The position numbers were made by a program, and so were the translations under genes. This document shows, piece after piece, positions 13,765 through 26,454 of a stretch of DNA of 64,000 nucleotides; position 1 is the first letter of the stretch; each line of letters begins with the position of its first letter. This stretch comes from Paramecium tetraurelia. Taxonomy: Eukaryota. The DNA is taken from NCBI GenBank assembly GCA_000165425.1, contig CT868540.1, positions 682,001-746,000 of the forward strand, given 5' to 3'. The notes under the pieces were generated by a model, which saw only the letters and a program-made list of their open reading frames with translations, did no database searches and had not been told where the DNA came from.

Positions 13765-14434
13765 ATGAATTGGAAACAAGTGTACGCTAGTTCTGAACAT
13801 AGATCAAAACGAAGTATAATGTAATATTCAAACTAGTTTTATCCGGAAATGCGATGAGCAAGGATCCTAAATCTAATATTCATAGTCCAAGAAGTAACAT
13901 CTGCTTTAATATAAAAGATAGCCAACATTCTCATAAGGGCACTATGATTGGTCTTTAGAGGATTTCAAAAGAGATTGTAGAAAGCTTAACAAAAGCTTTA
14001 ACTCCAAATTGTAAAGTTCGTTAGAATTCCCCAAAGCCAATACTGTAAGAGTAAGAACAGAAATAAATACAAAAACCTATCAAGGAACCTGAATTTTTGA
14101 GATAACCTTTGGAACAATTAGAAAATGTAAAGCCACCTAAAGAATTAGAAAATATCGAGTACATTAATTTTACTAAATTCGCTGTAAATATTTTGCATTA
14201 AATATTATATAGAGGAAAATATCACAATAACCAGTCAAGGAAATTAGAATCCCCAAAAATGAAAAAAAAATAAGCCGATAAAGATCTCAAGATTTTCATT
14301 CGAAATAAGAAGAATGGTTGAGAAAAAAAAATGAAAAAGTATTGAAATAAAGAATTGAATAATAATGTTAGCAATAAAGGAAGGAAAACTATGTTGGTTT
14401 TCTAGAAAAATAATAGACAGATAGATTTCAATGA
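13765..14434 (+). CDS. Hypothetical protein (~200 aa, low complexity)
   Basis: MNWKQVYASSEHRSKR^...DFHSKQEEWLRKKNEKVLKQRIEQ...RFQ*. Two tiny introns restore the frame. Confidence 0.6.
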
Positions 14435-14565
14435 TTACTTCATATTTTACTTCAATTCACTATATTTTCTTATCATTTTTCTTCTTAAATTGAATAATAT
14501 ATACAGATTTCTAAAAAGAACATGTATTGTGTATTTAATGTACTAAAACATAGAACATATTTGTA

Positions 14566-14917
14566 TCATTTTTTGATTTATTTGACAATTTTGACTTCCT
14601 CAACCAAAAATGCTCTAATTATTCTGTTTTTTAAAGCACCAGCACTTAAAACACCACCATATGGTCTTGAAACTGTTCTTTGTCTTCTTGCAAGTTGCTT
14701 AAGCTTGGTTGGTCTAATTCTTTTAAGACCATTAAGAACAACATTCAAATTTGAGTCAGCACATGTTGAGGCACTTGTTTTCTTATTTGGATATTGAACA
14801 ACAACATTGCCACCTATATGATACTCATATCAACATACCTGGAGTCTTAACCTTTCTGATTTTATTAGATCTAGTGTTGTATGATGTTCTTCTTCTATAT
14901 GTCACTCTAACACCCAT
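14566..14917 (-). CDS. RPL34: 60S ribosomal protein eL34
   Basis: [27 protein letters not shown]^GNVVVQY...[11 protein letters not shown]...[19 protein letters not shown]. Confidence 0.97.
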
Positions 14918-15031
14918 AATTTAATATCTTTTATTTAATTATATGAATTTATTGTCTGGAGAAAATTTATATATTATGTTAATCACACTTATTTCAAATG
15001 TTAGATTAACTAAATACTTAAGAATAAGTAA

Positions 15032-15669
15032 ATGCTATTAAATATTAATTATGAAGTTGGAATAGATGCTAAAATTAAATTAAAATAGTATATTTTTAAT
15101 TTTTGTGAAAACCATAAAGAATATTTAAATATATTTAATTCAAAAATTGGATAAGGAGAATTTTATAAATAATGCCTATATAAGAATATAAGAGTATTTA
15201 AAATGTCTAAAAAGATTGAAATTTATTAAGCTATTTATAAATAATTAATGAAATGTTAAAAATTTCTGCCTTCCAATTTTGATAATCTTATATGGAAATA
15301 TTTATTACAACCTTTATAAGGATTACTCAAAAATGATCAACATATTAGTGAAAACAGAGCTACATATGTAAATTCATATAAATTATTGAATTAGAGGATA
15401 TACTATAATGCATTCAAATTTGATTCATGTAAATAGTTAAAATTTTAAGACTTATAATTTGACAGGAACGTAGTCCCTGTATAATTATCAAGATAACATT
15501 TAAAATAGAAGCTTCTTAATCATAACAACTTGTCAAAAAGAATTTTTCATCTATCAGTTAATATAAGGAATAATTATGTTTAAAAATAATTGAATATTGC
15601 TCAGCTTATCAATATTGCTTTATAACAGATATTTAATTTGAAAATGATGACTCATATTAATCTTTTTGA
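15032..15669 (+). CDS. Possible hypothetical protein or decayed gene
   Basis: A table-6 open frame runs from ATG 15032 (MLLNINYEVG...NFDNLIWKYLLQPL). The 3' end is ambiguous and no motif is recognisable. Confidence 0.3.
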
Positions 15670-15713
15670 TGGCAATTTTGAAACCTGTAATTTTATAATT
15701 TTAATCAAATCTT

Positions 15714-16896
15714 CAACAATTTTACCCTGTAAAAAAAGAGTAAATGTCATTCCATAGATGAATTTTTTAATTCTAAAAAATACGTCGAAAGATTGGAAAA
15801 TTTATAGAAAATGGTTCGTTTTATTCGTATTTATTCGGATATTTGGATATTATTGAATTGTAATTGATTGAGTCTTCTTTGTCCTCTGTCATATAAATAC
15901 TAATAAATTAATCTATGGGTACTGATTTTCTATAGTTTAATCCTTTTGTTTATTTAATTGTTTTTGATTGCTAAAATCGTAAACAATATAAATTACATCA
16001 ATTTAATATATTTCTGTCCAAGTTAGTAGATTAGTAAGAGTTAAATTATCTTTAAAAATTGAGGATTTTCTCAAATACTCGATTTCCTCATTATCGATAG
16101 TTTCAGTATTTAGTGATTATTGTATGTATGTTAAAATAGTTTAAATATCTTTCTAAATAGCCTCGCTTTAAGTAGTTAAACCTAATTGAAATAAATCAGT
16201 TGATGATAGATGTCGATGGTTGTGAATCAAACGATAAATGAAAACGATTATTTATTCTTAATTGATGGTTAATAGTTTCTATGTTAATGATTTCCAAAAT
16301 TGAAAATCTATATATTAGGGGATTTCAAAAAAGTTCATAATCTTTTAACTTATTCCTATTCTATATTTGTCTACCAACTTTTAGAAAATGATTTATTTGT
16401 TGATTCTAATTTTATTGATATTTAGACTTGGATTAGCATTGACAAAAATATAAAAGTGAGCTTCAAAATTAAATTTATTAATGCTATTTTATCTTCTTCT
16501 AGATTCATAAGAGTACCTTAGCTTTCTCATTTTATTTTGTTATTGTTGTATTTAATACGAATTAGTGCAAGAAACCTTTCTAACTTCCGTTGGTTTACGA
16601 GATTTGGATCTAACAACATCAATTGTATTATATCTTTCGTCCTCACTCTTAAAGGGTTTACTAAAGTTTTGTTACATCTTTTTGTAAACTTCAGTTTTCA
16701 TTCTTTGTGGAACGAAAGGCAATATTTAGATGTGTTGTTGATTCAAAAATAAAGGAAGCTCTTCTATGAACAGTTATTTCGGTTTGATCTTAGGTTATTG
16801 AATGGTTAAATCAATTTCAAATAATTTAGTGTTGATAGGAGATTGTTGCCTATCTGGAATCAAAGACAACAATCTTCTAAATTGCGCTTTATTCAT
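15714..16896 (-). CDS. Hypothetical protein (~370 aa)
   Basis: MNKAQFRRLLSLIPDRQQSP... is a long table-6 ORF with 2-3 tiny introns. The 3' end is approximate. Confidence 0.55.
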
Positions 16897-16928
16897 TTCT
16901 AAATTAAATAATAAATACAAGTTTATAG

Positions 16929-18414
16929 ATGGGTCCAAAGCAATCTAAAGATAAAAAGTAAGAACCTCAGAAGCAGCAACCTTAAAAGCCTAAGGCCTAG
17001 TAGAAAAATGTGAAATAGAAGCCAGTCGAAGTGACTGATGATGTAATTCAATATGTATGAATCCTAGATATGGATGTACGATTTGATTTTGTAGTATTTG
17101 GCTTCACCAATATGGAGGAACCCCATATCAGACTTTTTGGATGAGAATTGCATAATTTTTGATGATGAGGAGGAGAATAAGATTGTGTATCAAGAGATTC
17201 ATAAGGTGAAATTTAAATTGTATGTTAGAAATTCAAAGGTATGATTGAGGCGATGATTGAATAATTAATGGTTGACATAGGAGTGGAGGATGAAGAATAA
17301 TTGAGAAAGGTAATTGAAATAGGATTGAAAAATAAAAAACATAGAAAGTATTTTGAGTAATTGCTGATTGTTGAGAATTTCTTAGTGTTCAAAAAGTTGA
17401 TGTTGAAAAGAAACAAGGAATTGGAATATGAAGCCTTAAAGGAATTGTAGAAAATAGATGTAGAGAGCAATCTTCTAATAATAGGGTGGAAAAAATCCTG
17501 AAATGGATATTAAAGTGAAATAAGCTGAGCTTGAAAAAGAAAGAATGGAAATTGAACATGCTGTTGCAATGTCAATAGCTGTTGAAAATGAAAAGGCCAA
17601 AATCCAAATTCAAGAAGATGAGGATTTCATTGAAGCAATAAGATAAAGTTAAATAGCATATGAAAAATAGTGTATCAATTCTAATACCATATTTAGAGGA
17701 AGAAATTTTATTAAGCTAAGTATAGTAGTAACCGTAAGTTGTCAATCATTAGGCCCCAATATAGAATCAATAACCATAACCTTAACCTGATTAAAAGGCT
17801 GAATCCATATTGATTTTTGATGAGGAAGTCCCATCTAAAATTATTCAACCATAAATAAAACCATAAGAAAAATAAGAGCCTGCACCAATTAAATAACGAG
17901 AGCCTCTTCCACAGATAGTTTAATAAAAAGTTGAAGTTATGTCTTTGGCTCAAGAAAGAGAAGCATTACTTGCTCAAGGAAATCAATTAAAAGAAAATTT
18001 AAAGGAAATTGTAATTTTTTGATTTATTGGATAGGAAGAAACTTTTAAATAAAATATCAAAAATTAATAAGATTAGGAGACTTTGGAATAAAGAAAATAA
18101 AGATTGTAATAACAAAGAGAATTAATTAAGTAGAAGAAGATCAAAGAGAGATAAGATGAATTGAAGAAATATTAAGATGTAAATTAATTGTAATACATAA
18201 ATTAGGGTGAGCAACAAGAATAAAAACCTGAATAATAGGAGAAAGGTCCTCTAGTAGTGGATATGGTAAATACATCAATTATGTATATATTTAGACAGAA
18301 TTCGTGGCTGACCAAAAGAGAGCTTAGGAGTTGGAGTTGAAGAAATAGGAATTAAAAAAGAGAGCAGAATTATTGAAGAAAATAAAATAAGATGCATTAC
18401 AAGAATAAGGATGA
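16929..18414 (+). CDS. CFAP36: CFAP36/CCDC104-like protein (BART/ARL-binding domain plus Q-rich coiled coil)
   Basis: WMYDLILQYLASPIWRNPISDFLDENCIIFDDEEENKIVYQEIHK^KFKGMIE...LLIVENFLVFKKLMLKRNKELEYEAL is the BART-domain pattern. Confidence 0.85.
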
Positions 18415-18446
18415 AATTATAATTAAATAGCATAATGCAATATTAT

Positions 18447-19209
18447 TCATTTATTCTTTTCAATCTTAGAGGATAAGGAATTTAAAGATAAATTTAAAAT
18501 TTTGTTTGGTTCATTTTTTTGTTTTTATTTGGTTAATTCTTAGTGTTTCTAAGAAAGTAAGCAAAACTAATAATTTTTTTTGGGATCTTGTTTTTATCTC
18601 TTCTGATTCTGATAAACTTATTAAAACTTAATATTGGAAGTTATTGAACTCATTGTTAAGGAGGATGATCTTGATTGTTGTATTGATGATGATATTCTTC
18701 TACTTTGTGAGATCTATGAGTCAGTACTTTATTATTCCTATTTTAAGTAGAATTTCAAATTTTTAGGGGAGTACCTGCTTTCAATTTATGAGTATTTTTT
18801 GTTTTCAATTTTAGGTGGAGAAGTCCCTATAATCTTAATTACAACTTAAGGCTAACTTTGGCGATTACTGGATTATACTTTTTAATGATGTGATTCTATT
18901 ATAACAGAATTATTCAATCCATTTAGTTTATTATAATAGCGATGTAACCTATACGACCTAATTAATTCTGAGAATTCAATATCATTGACAAAGCTAGAAA
19001 AGTTTTTCGATGCCTATTTATCTTCTAAAAAGTAATTTGTTAAATGATTACTCTTTTAAATATAAAGATGTTACTTAATCTAATTTGAGTGTTGAAGTAT
19101 AAAGCAGAAAATCAGAAATTCCATTTAAACATTATTCAACATTCAGAAAGTCCTAATTTTCTGCGAATGTAGGTGTGTGATCATTAATTGAAGTGTTATT
19201 AGCATGCAT
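18447..19209 (-). CDS. Hypothetical S/Q-rich protein
   Basis: MHANNTSINDHTPTFAENQDFL...SLSSKIEKNK*. The frame is restored by two putative introns. Confidence 0.45.
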
Positions 19210-19328
19210 GTTAATTCCAATTAATCAATTAATTTTTTATTATTAAAATAATTAAAAATAATATATGAAAGATTGACTTTGAGTAAATAAGTGTATAGAT
19301 ATTTGTACATCATTTGATCAATAAAAAT

Positions 19329-20528
19329 TCATTAAACTTAATGCCCATACCTCCCAACATTTTTTCTAAGAATCTACTCCAAAGGACCCATCAATTTAGT
19401 AAATGATTTAAAATCACAATAGTAGAGAGTACAATCAGTCTAAAGAAATGAGTAAAATTTATATGTACTATAGCTATAATAGTGGCCTGTCGTGGACTAT
19501 TCTATAATAAGGCTAATTCCCCAAAATAATCACCTGATTAATATGAATAAACCTTGTCTTAGTACTCATCCTTATAAGCTTCTAGTTCTCCTTCAACAAT
19601 TAAGTATATTGTATCCCCTTACTCTCCCTATTTAATTGAAATATTATTAAATAAAAACTTGATTGATAACTTTTTCTCCTTTGCTATATTTTTTTTCCTC
19701 CAAGATATCACAAAACTGTAATTTCTCGTATGAATCTAAAGACTTTAACAATTCTATTGTATTCAATATTTATTCCATTTCTTCTCTCTTTCTAATGGCT
19801 TTAACCTTCACAAATAATTCGAAAGTTTTTCTATCTAAAGTAAAAGCCACCACAGGTTTAATTGCTTTAATAGTAGCAGCACGAGGAGTATTATACAATA
19901 AAGCAAGTTCACCAAAGCATTCGCCAGGCAAATAGGTTTTCAGTTTTGTTTCTTAATGTTAATTAGGGAATTTCTTTGTGCATTCTAATTCACCTTCATC
20001 AACTACGTATAATTCATTTCCATCATCTCCTTGGTGTATAACTATGTCTCCAGTTCTAAAAATAATCATAATTTTAATGATTACTAAAACTTCTTCTCTT
20101 CCGTTGCACAAATAACAGTTTCTAAGTTTTATTCATCTAAGACTTAAAATAGAAATGAATTCAAAATTTTTTTTTTAATTTTCTCAATTTAATCTTTAGT
20201 TTTTTCAATGAAATTTGGTTTAAACCGTTCATTTTTGTTGAATTCTCCTTGGATTGCAACATCTGATTTTATGGTTTATTTATTATTTTTGCTACAAAGT
20301 AAAAGTACTTCTTACCCCTCCTCTTCTTCTCTTTGATAAGACTAAAATTATTTATTAATTTGTGATTCTAATAATCACACATTTCATACATTATTTCTGA
20401 AGCCAATTAATACTCCAACCTATAATGTCATCTGGTCTAATTTTTAGGATCTAAGAAATTAATTTATCAAAGATTGGCTTAACATACTTATTCATATACT
20501 CCTGAATAGTTTCTTAGGGTTAATTCAT
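19329..20528 (-). CDS. cAMP-dependent protein kinase regulatory subunit-like protein (D/D-like N-terminus, two cNMP-binding domains)
   Basis: N-terminus EYMNKYVKPIFDKLISQILKIRPDDIIGWSINWL. CNB-A: VIHQGDDGNELYVVDEG...FGELALLYNTPRAATI. CNB-B: QGEQGDTIYLIVEG...FGELALLQNSPRQATI. Confidence 0.9.
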
Positions 20529-20624
20529 TAATAGATATAAATTTATGGAGTTTATAATAATATTTTGTAGATAAATAATATAACAAAAAAAGCATATTTA
20601 TTGAATAAGCTGAAACATTGATAA

Positions 20625-22690
20625 TCATAATTCTAAGATCTCAATTCCTAATTGGAAGAATCTGTTAGCAAGTAGATATCTCGCATAATTAATTCTTGAT
20701 TGTTAAACATTAAAACATTGCTTCTCAAACATTTAAGGAATACTTAAATCTATATTCTTCATTATTTAGGATATGTAATAAATGGTAAACATTCCACAAT
20801 CATATTAATTATATTATTAACTCACTTCACAAACCTACCAAGAATTTTTAACAGCAAAATTAGATTGATTCAACAATTTAACCATTTAATACAATAAATC
20901 AGCCCTTTTATCTTTCATTGAATCTATCAAATACAATGTCTAATTTTCATAAACCACAGATAAAAAATGACTTCGATCTAAATTTAAGTAAAAAACAAAC
21001 CTTGAAGGCTGTTACTTCTTACTATAATCAATTATTTATCTAAATATTCTAATAATAATATATATATTTTATTTACTTAGTTTATATTTCATCATTCTTT
21101 GATATTAGACTACCAAAAATGTCTTAAGATTAGCTGCAATTGATAAAAACAGTTCTTTAATCTTATTTATAACTTTAAGAGATTTACTCCCTATAAGTTT
21201 AAATTTGAGAAATCACAAGATCTATGATACCGGAATTAAGCCATCTTCCAGGTTACAAAGATTGAAGTTAATAATTATTTACTCCATAATCTCCAAAATT
21301 TAAGAGATAGCGAGTTGGATTTAAATTTGACTTCTTTTTCTACAGTTAATATCCTTGATTCAAATATAAGACTTCTTTTCCATTTTAAAAGCATTTTTGA
21401 GGCTTGGATGTATCCAAATACTTTTTCCCTTCATGTAATTTTATAAATTAAAATAATCCATTTTTCTTACCATTTTCAAAATTCCCTTCCAAATAATCTT
21501 CATTATTTTATAATTCTCTTCCAAATCCATATTATATGCCTAGCTTAAATTCTCCATCAAAATATAATTAATTTCCAATGTATAAACTCCCAATACCATC
21601 GAATAATCCATCACTAAAACACCCTCTGTATGTATTCTGTTGTTAACTTAATTATCCTTTGATTCCCAAATCATATTACGCCTTTTTGACATTCGGATCA
21701 AAATTTTCATTAACAGGTCCTTTGTAGGTAAATACTTGATCTTTTCTGAATAATTATTCATCATTCAAATGTTCAATGCGAAAGCTAAAATAAACCACAT
21801 TGGTGTCGATCGAAAGTGATATAGGGACGCAATATTAATCTTGATAAGAATCCCAAATATTTCCAGTTATTCTATAAATTATTAATTAAATATAATTACA
21901 TCGTTCCATCATACAGTAATAATTTTCTCTAAGGTTATTAATGATAAATCACTTTACTAAATTTGATTATTTGTTGTTTATGTTATGACAACTCTTAAAT
22001 TTTTTTTGCTTGAGCCTTTTCTTTTTTTTTCTGTTCCAATTTTATACTGCTCTAAAGTAATGTATTTTAATCGATTTCAATTTTTTCAATTTGAATTATC
22101 TATGCCATAATAATACCAAAATTTTGTTTTAAAATCGAAGGCGAGTATTCCTATTGGCTTTAATTTTAATCGAATAACATTCCAAGTTCAGATATTTTTT
22201 TAATTTCCTCTGTAGATATATCTTTTAAATCAAAAATAACTTAGAATAATATTTTAAAATCTTCTTTAGTAACTGTTTCAAGCATTTGGACTACTTCCTT
22301 CTCATAAACTATTGATAAAAGTTCATCATTTTCCTATTTAACAAGTTGTAATTCTTCATCAGTTTAAATTATTCCTATTGACTTCATCAATCTTGATATT
22401 GATTCTTTCGCTGGTTTGCTATAATGTATTATGGTTAATAGAAAATTAATAATGTGATTCAATATAAACAATTATCCTAGAAACAATCCATTGAGTTTTT
22501 TGATCTTATTTATTGATCCACATTTTCTAAACAGCCATATGACTTGGCCCATTTCTTCTCCATCCAACTCATGATAACTATGGAATTATATATCTTGATC
22601 CTCCTAATTTTTCATCGTGTCTTTGTTTTGTTCGAATGCCCATCTAACATATTCTTAGAAATTCACTTTTTCTTTGATTAAAGATTGCAT
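20625..22690 (-). CDS. MORN-repeat plus Ulp1/SENP (peptidase C48) fusion protein, copy 1
   Basis: MORN-like units YRGCFSDGLFDGIG, FDGEFKLGIQYGFG and LEGNFENGKKNG. C48 motifs LQPGRWLNSGIID, LNLDRSHFLSVV (His ~20968), YLIDSM (Asp) and QQYNQYDCGMF (Cys ~20796). Two introns. Confidence 0.8.
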
Positions 22691-22764
22691 AGATGAACAA
22701 ATTTAAGTGCTTTAATTTATTTCTATAATTATATTACATATAAATAACAATTTCAATTTTATAC

Positions 22765-23302
22765 TCATCTCTTCTTTCTCTATTACTCTTTCCATTTATT
22801 CCTTTAATTGTCATAATATTCACTCTAATCCTTATTTGCAAAAGTGTCCACCTGTATATCTGATTTCAACTCTGGATTCGCATCCTCTCCTCGTTTCTCG
22901 AATTCCTTCTCATCGACTATGATCTATTTCATTAAATCATAAAATAACCTAATCTGATAAATCAAACTCTGGATGTACCAATTTTACTTTCGATATCAAG
23001 ACCGGAATATTATTTAATAAAGCATAATGAACAACCTCACAAGCATCCTGGACTTTCGGAGATATGTTATGACCCAATTATGCCTCAGTGATTACTTATC
23101 TGATTCTCAGCATCAAAAAGTCCCTTTAGTACCCTTAAATTATTATTCTATTCAATTGATCAATTCTATCTATTAAATGAGGATTATTTGCATTCTATTT
23201 CTGACTACTAGTCCCACTAACCTTCTTAAAGAATTACCCAGCTTGGGTTAAATTAGGTTCCTATTTTATCTAACCCATCAATTTTTACAGAAATCCTTTC
23301 AT
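22765..23302 (-). CDS. Hypothetical protein (~170 aa)
   Basis: MKGFLQKLMGQIKQEPNLTQAGQFFKKV...QRNKWKEQQRKKR*. One 25-nt intron removes a TGA. Confidence 0.65.
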
Positions 23303-23508
23303 GTAATTGTAATATTATATATAATAAGAATTATTTTTCTTACAATAATTGACATAATCGAATGTGTAAAAACAAATTAAAATAATAATTGACACTTAAA
23401 TGGATTTATGAAAATAATCATAGTAAATGATTTCTAAAGAGACTCTTATAATTTAATTATTATGGTTTTGAGTTAAAAGAATTGAAAATCAAACAATCAA
23501 ACATCTTT

Positions 23509-25016
23509 TCAAAATAGTACATTAGAAATAAACATTTAATCTGGGTCAGCAGTGGCCTATAAGCATTCTCCATAATTCAATAAATCTCTATTTGGACTCA
23601 AATGAGAAATCCTCACTTAATCCTTAAGAGGAACTCTACTATGATTCATTCTAGCAGCACGGTATCTTTCTTCTATTATTTCTGTAAAATTTGGTTGGCT
23701 GGTTAACCTTTCATTTATCATTTTGATTAAGGGTTATTTCAATAACTTTTTATCAATCTTAGGTTAATCCTTCTTTTGAATTCGATAAGATGAAGGAGGA
23801 ATCTAAAATATCAATAATATCATACGAATCCTCCCATTTTATTTTATTATTTCACTTTATTCATGTAAAGGATTTCTTCTCTGTCATTTGAATTTTATAA
23901 GACTGAAATAAACAAATCTTATGGATTGATTCTTAATAGATCATTGGAATGAGAATCCTATTTCGCTTGTCTGGGAGTGGAAATCTCAAACTCAAATTAG
24001 GAAGTAATAAATAATTTTTAGAAACATGCTTCTGGAGTAACATGAGATAAAAACCTATGTGGCTGTTTAATAACATTCATATTTTTCAAATAGTAATTAG
24101 TAACTTCAATGCCACAATATTATTAAGAGGAATTATTATTATTTTATTGATTCTGCGTTTAACTGATAAATGTGAATGGTAGAAAAGTAGCTTTACTTAC
24201 TAAATTCTAATCAATATGTTGGATTCCTTTAGGGAGTTTTTTTAGATATTACCCAATATTTTAAGTGGATATCTGATAATGATTAGAATTTTCAGGCTCT
24301 GATCTTCCCCAAATAGCTCTGCAATGATAAAACTATGCTTTCTCTAAATTTGCCTGCAAGTAGGCTTCTTATCCAAGTTTATCAAAGCACACAACCTCTA
24401 AATACTTATCTTTAAAATGCCACGAATATTGCAGTAATTTCTTTAATATTTTGACTGCTGTCTCATGCATTTTTAAATTGTGTGCTATGATACTTAGTTT
24501 AAGTAACACTTTCAATCGAAATGATTTCTAGACTTCTTCAACATCATTACAAATATCACATAAATGCAACTAAAAAATAATGATTTTAATTACTAATTAT
24601 GTGTAGGTTTGAATAGCTGAAGAGTAATATGTGAATTTTAAATAGGTTTCTGCCACCAATATGTAAGTGTTTAGTAGTCCTAAAATGTTGTCTCTTACAA
24701 CATGTAAAATCATAACATCTACAACTGCATCGATTGCTTTATCAAGTTCTTTATTTTTGAATGCTGTTGAGTATTATTATTATAACTGTTACAAAATTGC
24801 TGGGTATTTACTGTTCCTTCTTTAGAATAATGTTGAACTAATAGATTTATAATGATGAGCTCTACTCGTTGTTAGCAGATCGCTATTCATTTAAGTTTCA
24901 GTTTCATGAGTTTTCAATGAATCAAGATTTAGTTTGAATAATTTTTTCTTGATTGATTCAGAACGAGAAATTCCTCTCCTCGGTGTATTTAGCTAATAAA
25001 TTTTGTTTTAAAGCAT
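23509..25016 (-). CDS. TPR-like helical repeat protein
   Basis: ETAVKILKKLLQYSWHFKDKYLEVVCFDKLGQEAYLQANLEKAQFYHCRA has TPR-type periodicity. The 3' end is approximate. Confidence 0.65.
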
Positions 25017-25068
25017 TTATCAAATATTAATAAAAATTGCAAATTCATAATTATAACAAAGAAAAGTT

Positions 25069-26412
25069 TCATTATTAAAGTTTAAATTAAACTACATTTA
25101 AAATGGTATTCTATAAATTTCCCAATCTGACCAAATTCTTGACTTTTCTTTATAGTTAATCCCCATTGTCAATGAAAGGAGTATCATATTTTTATTTATA
25201 TTATTTTTATCTTTATTTACTCTCATGATACAACTCATTGAGTCTGAATTCAGTTATACTTTTATATGAATCTCCTTAACTTTCATGAGAAATATCATTT
25301 TCCCTTGATAATTATGGTCTTTGGACTCTTCTATTCGTAAATTTACCCTTTTGGATTTTAGGTTGGGATTTGCTAGTTTGACTACCATTTTCAAAAAATT
25401 CCTTTAAGATTTAAGGATTGGATTAATTGATACTAAATTTGTCAGCTACCTCTAGAAACCTATTTCTGATATTAAGTTTGGAAACTTCAGATTCGGATCT
25501 GAACATTTTTACATTTTGTTTTTATTGATTTCTAATTTTTTCAGGCATATTTCTATTGAATACATGGTACTTTATTTAATCTTCAATACTATATCATTAA
25601 TACATATACTTTTAAATGTGATTGTAGTATTCCTAGCATTGTTTTTCAGGTTTTCTTTTGACTTCTGCTTGTTTAAGAACTGTGTTTCTTAATTTTTAAA
25701 AGAGTGAAATAGGTTAAACTTACTACTTGATTTCTTGTTAACTTGATTGTTATTTTTACTGATCTAGATTTCTATGTACATAATCAAAAAACCATTTCTT
25801 TTTTTGAAATACATTCATCATTCTCCATGCATCTTCATCTGTAATTTCCTTTTTTAATAATAATTCTTTTTCTTCTTCCTTCAAACGTTCACCACTGAGT
25901 TTTTCACATCTCCTTATCAATTATTCTTCCTTAGAACCAGACATGCTTCTTTAAGTAAATTTTCTATTTGCTGCTCTGAATCTAGATTATGCTATTGGTT
26001 GAAGCAGTTCCTTTGTACTGGATGTCAATTGCATCAATGTTTCCTTCCGTTCCAATTTTGGTGGATTTTTGGGTTATGGATTCTAAGGTATTATAATAGA
26101 TTATTTCCTTTTGTGTTAAAATCTCTCTACTAGATTGAAGATTTAGTCAGCTTAATTTTTTTTTATTGATTTATGCCTTGTTTGTTGACGTCTAGGAGGA
26201 GTTCTAGGTGATTTCTCAATATCGTTGTTATCCATTTGTAACATTTATTTTGCACTTATAGATCCTTTTAGGAAGAGATCAAAAATTTTGTTGTTTGGCA
26301 TAGTAACAATTTCTAAACCAAGAGGTGGAGGTACAAATGTTGATTTGGTTGTGGAAGCGAAGTCAAGAGTTTTTGGTGATGGATTATGAGAATGAAGCTT
26401 TTCAAATTTCAT
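25069..26412 (-). CDS. Hypothetical protein (~440 aa, basic/low complexity)
   Basis: Continuous table-6 ORF, MKFEKLHSHNPSPKTLDFAST...VQFKLQQ*, with one 21-nt intron. Confidence 0.65.
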
Positions 26413-26454
26413 TATATTATATTTAAACTAACATCAAATTATTCAATGATATTC

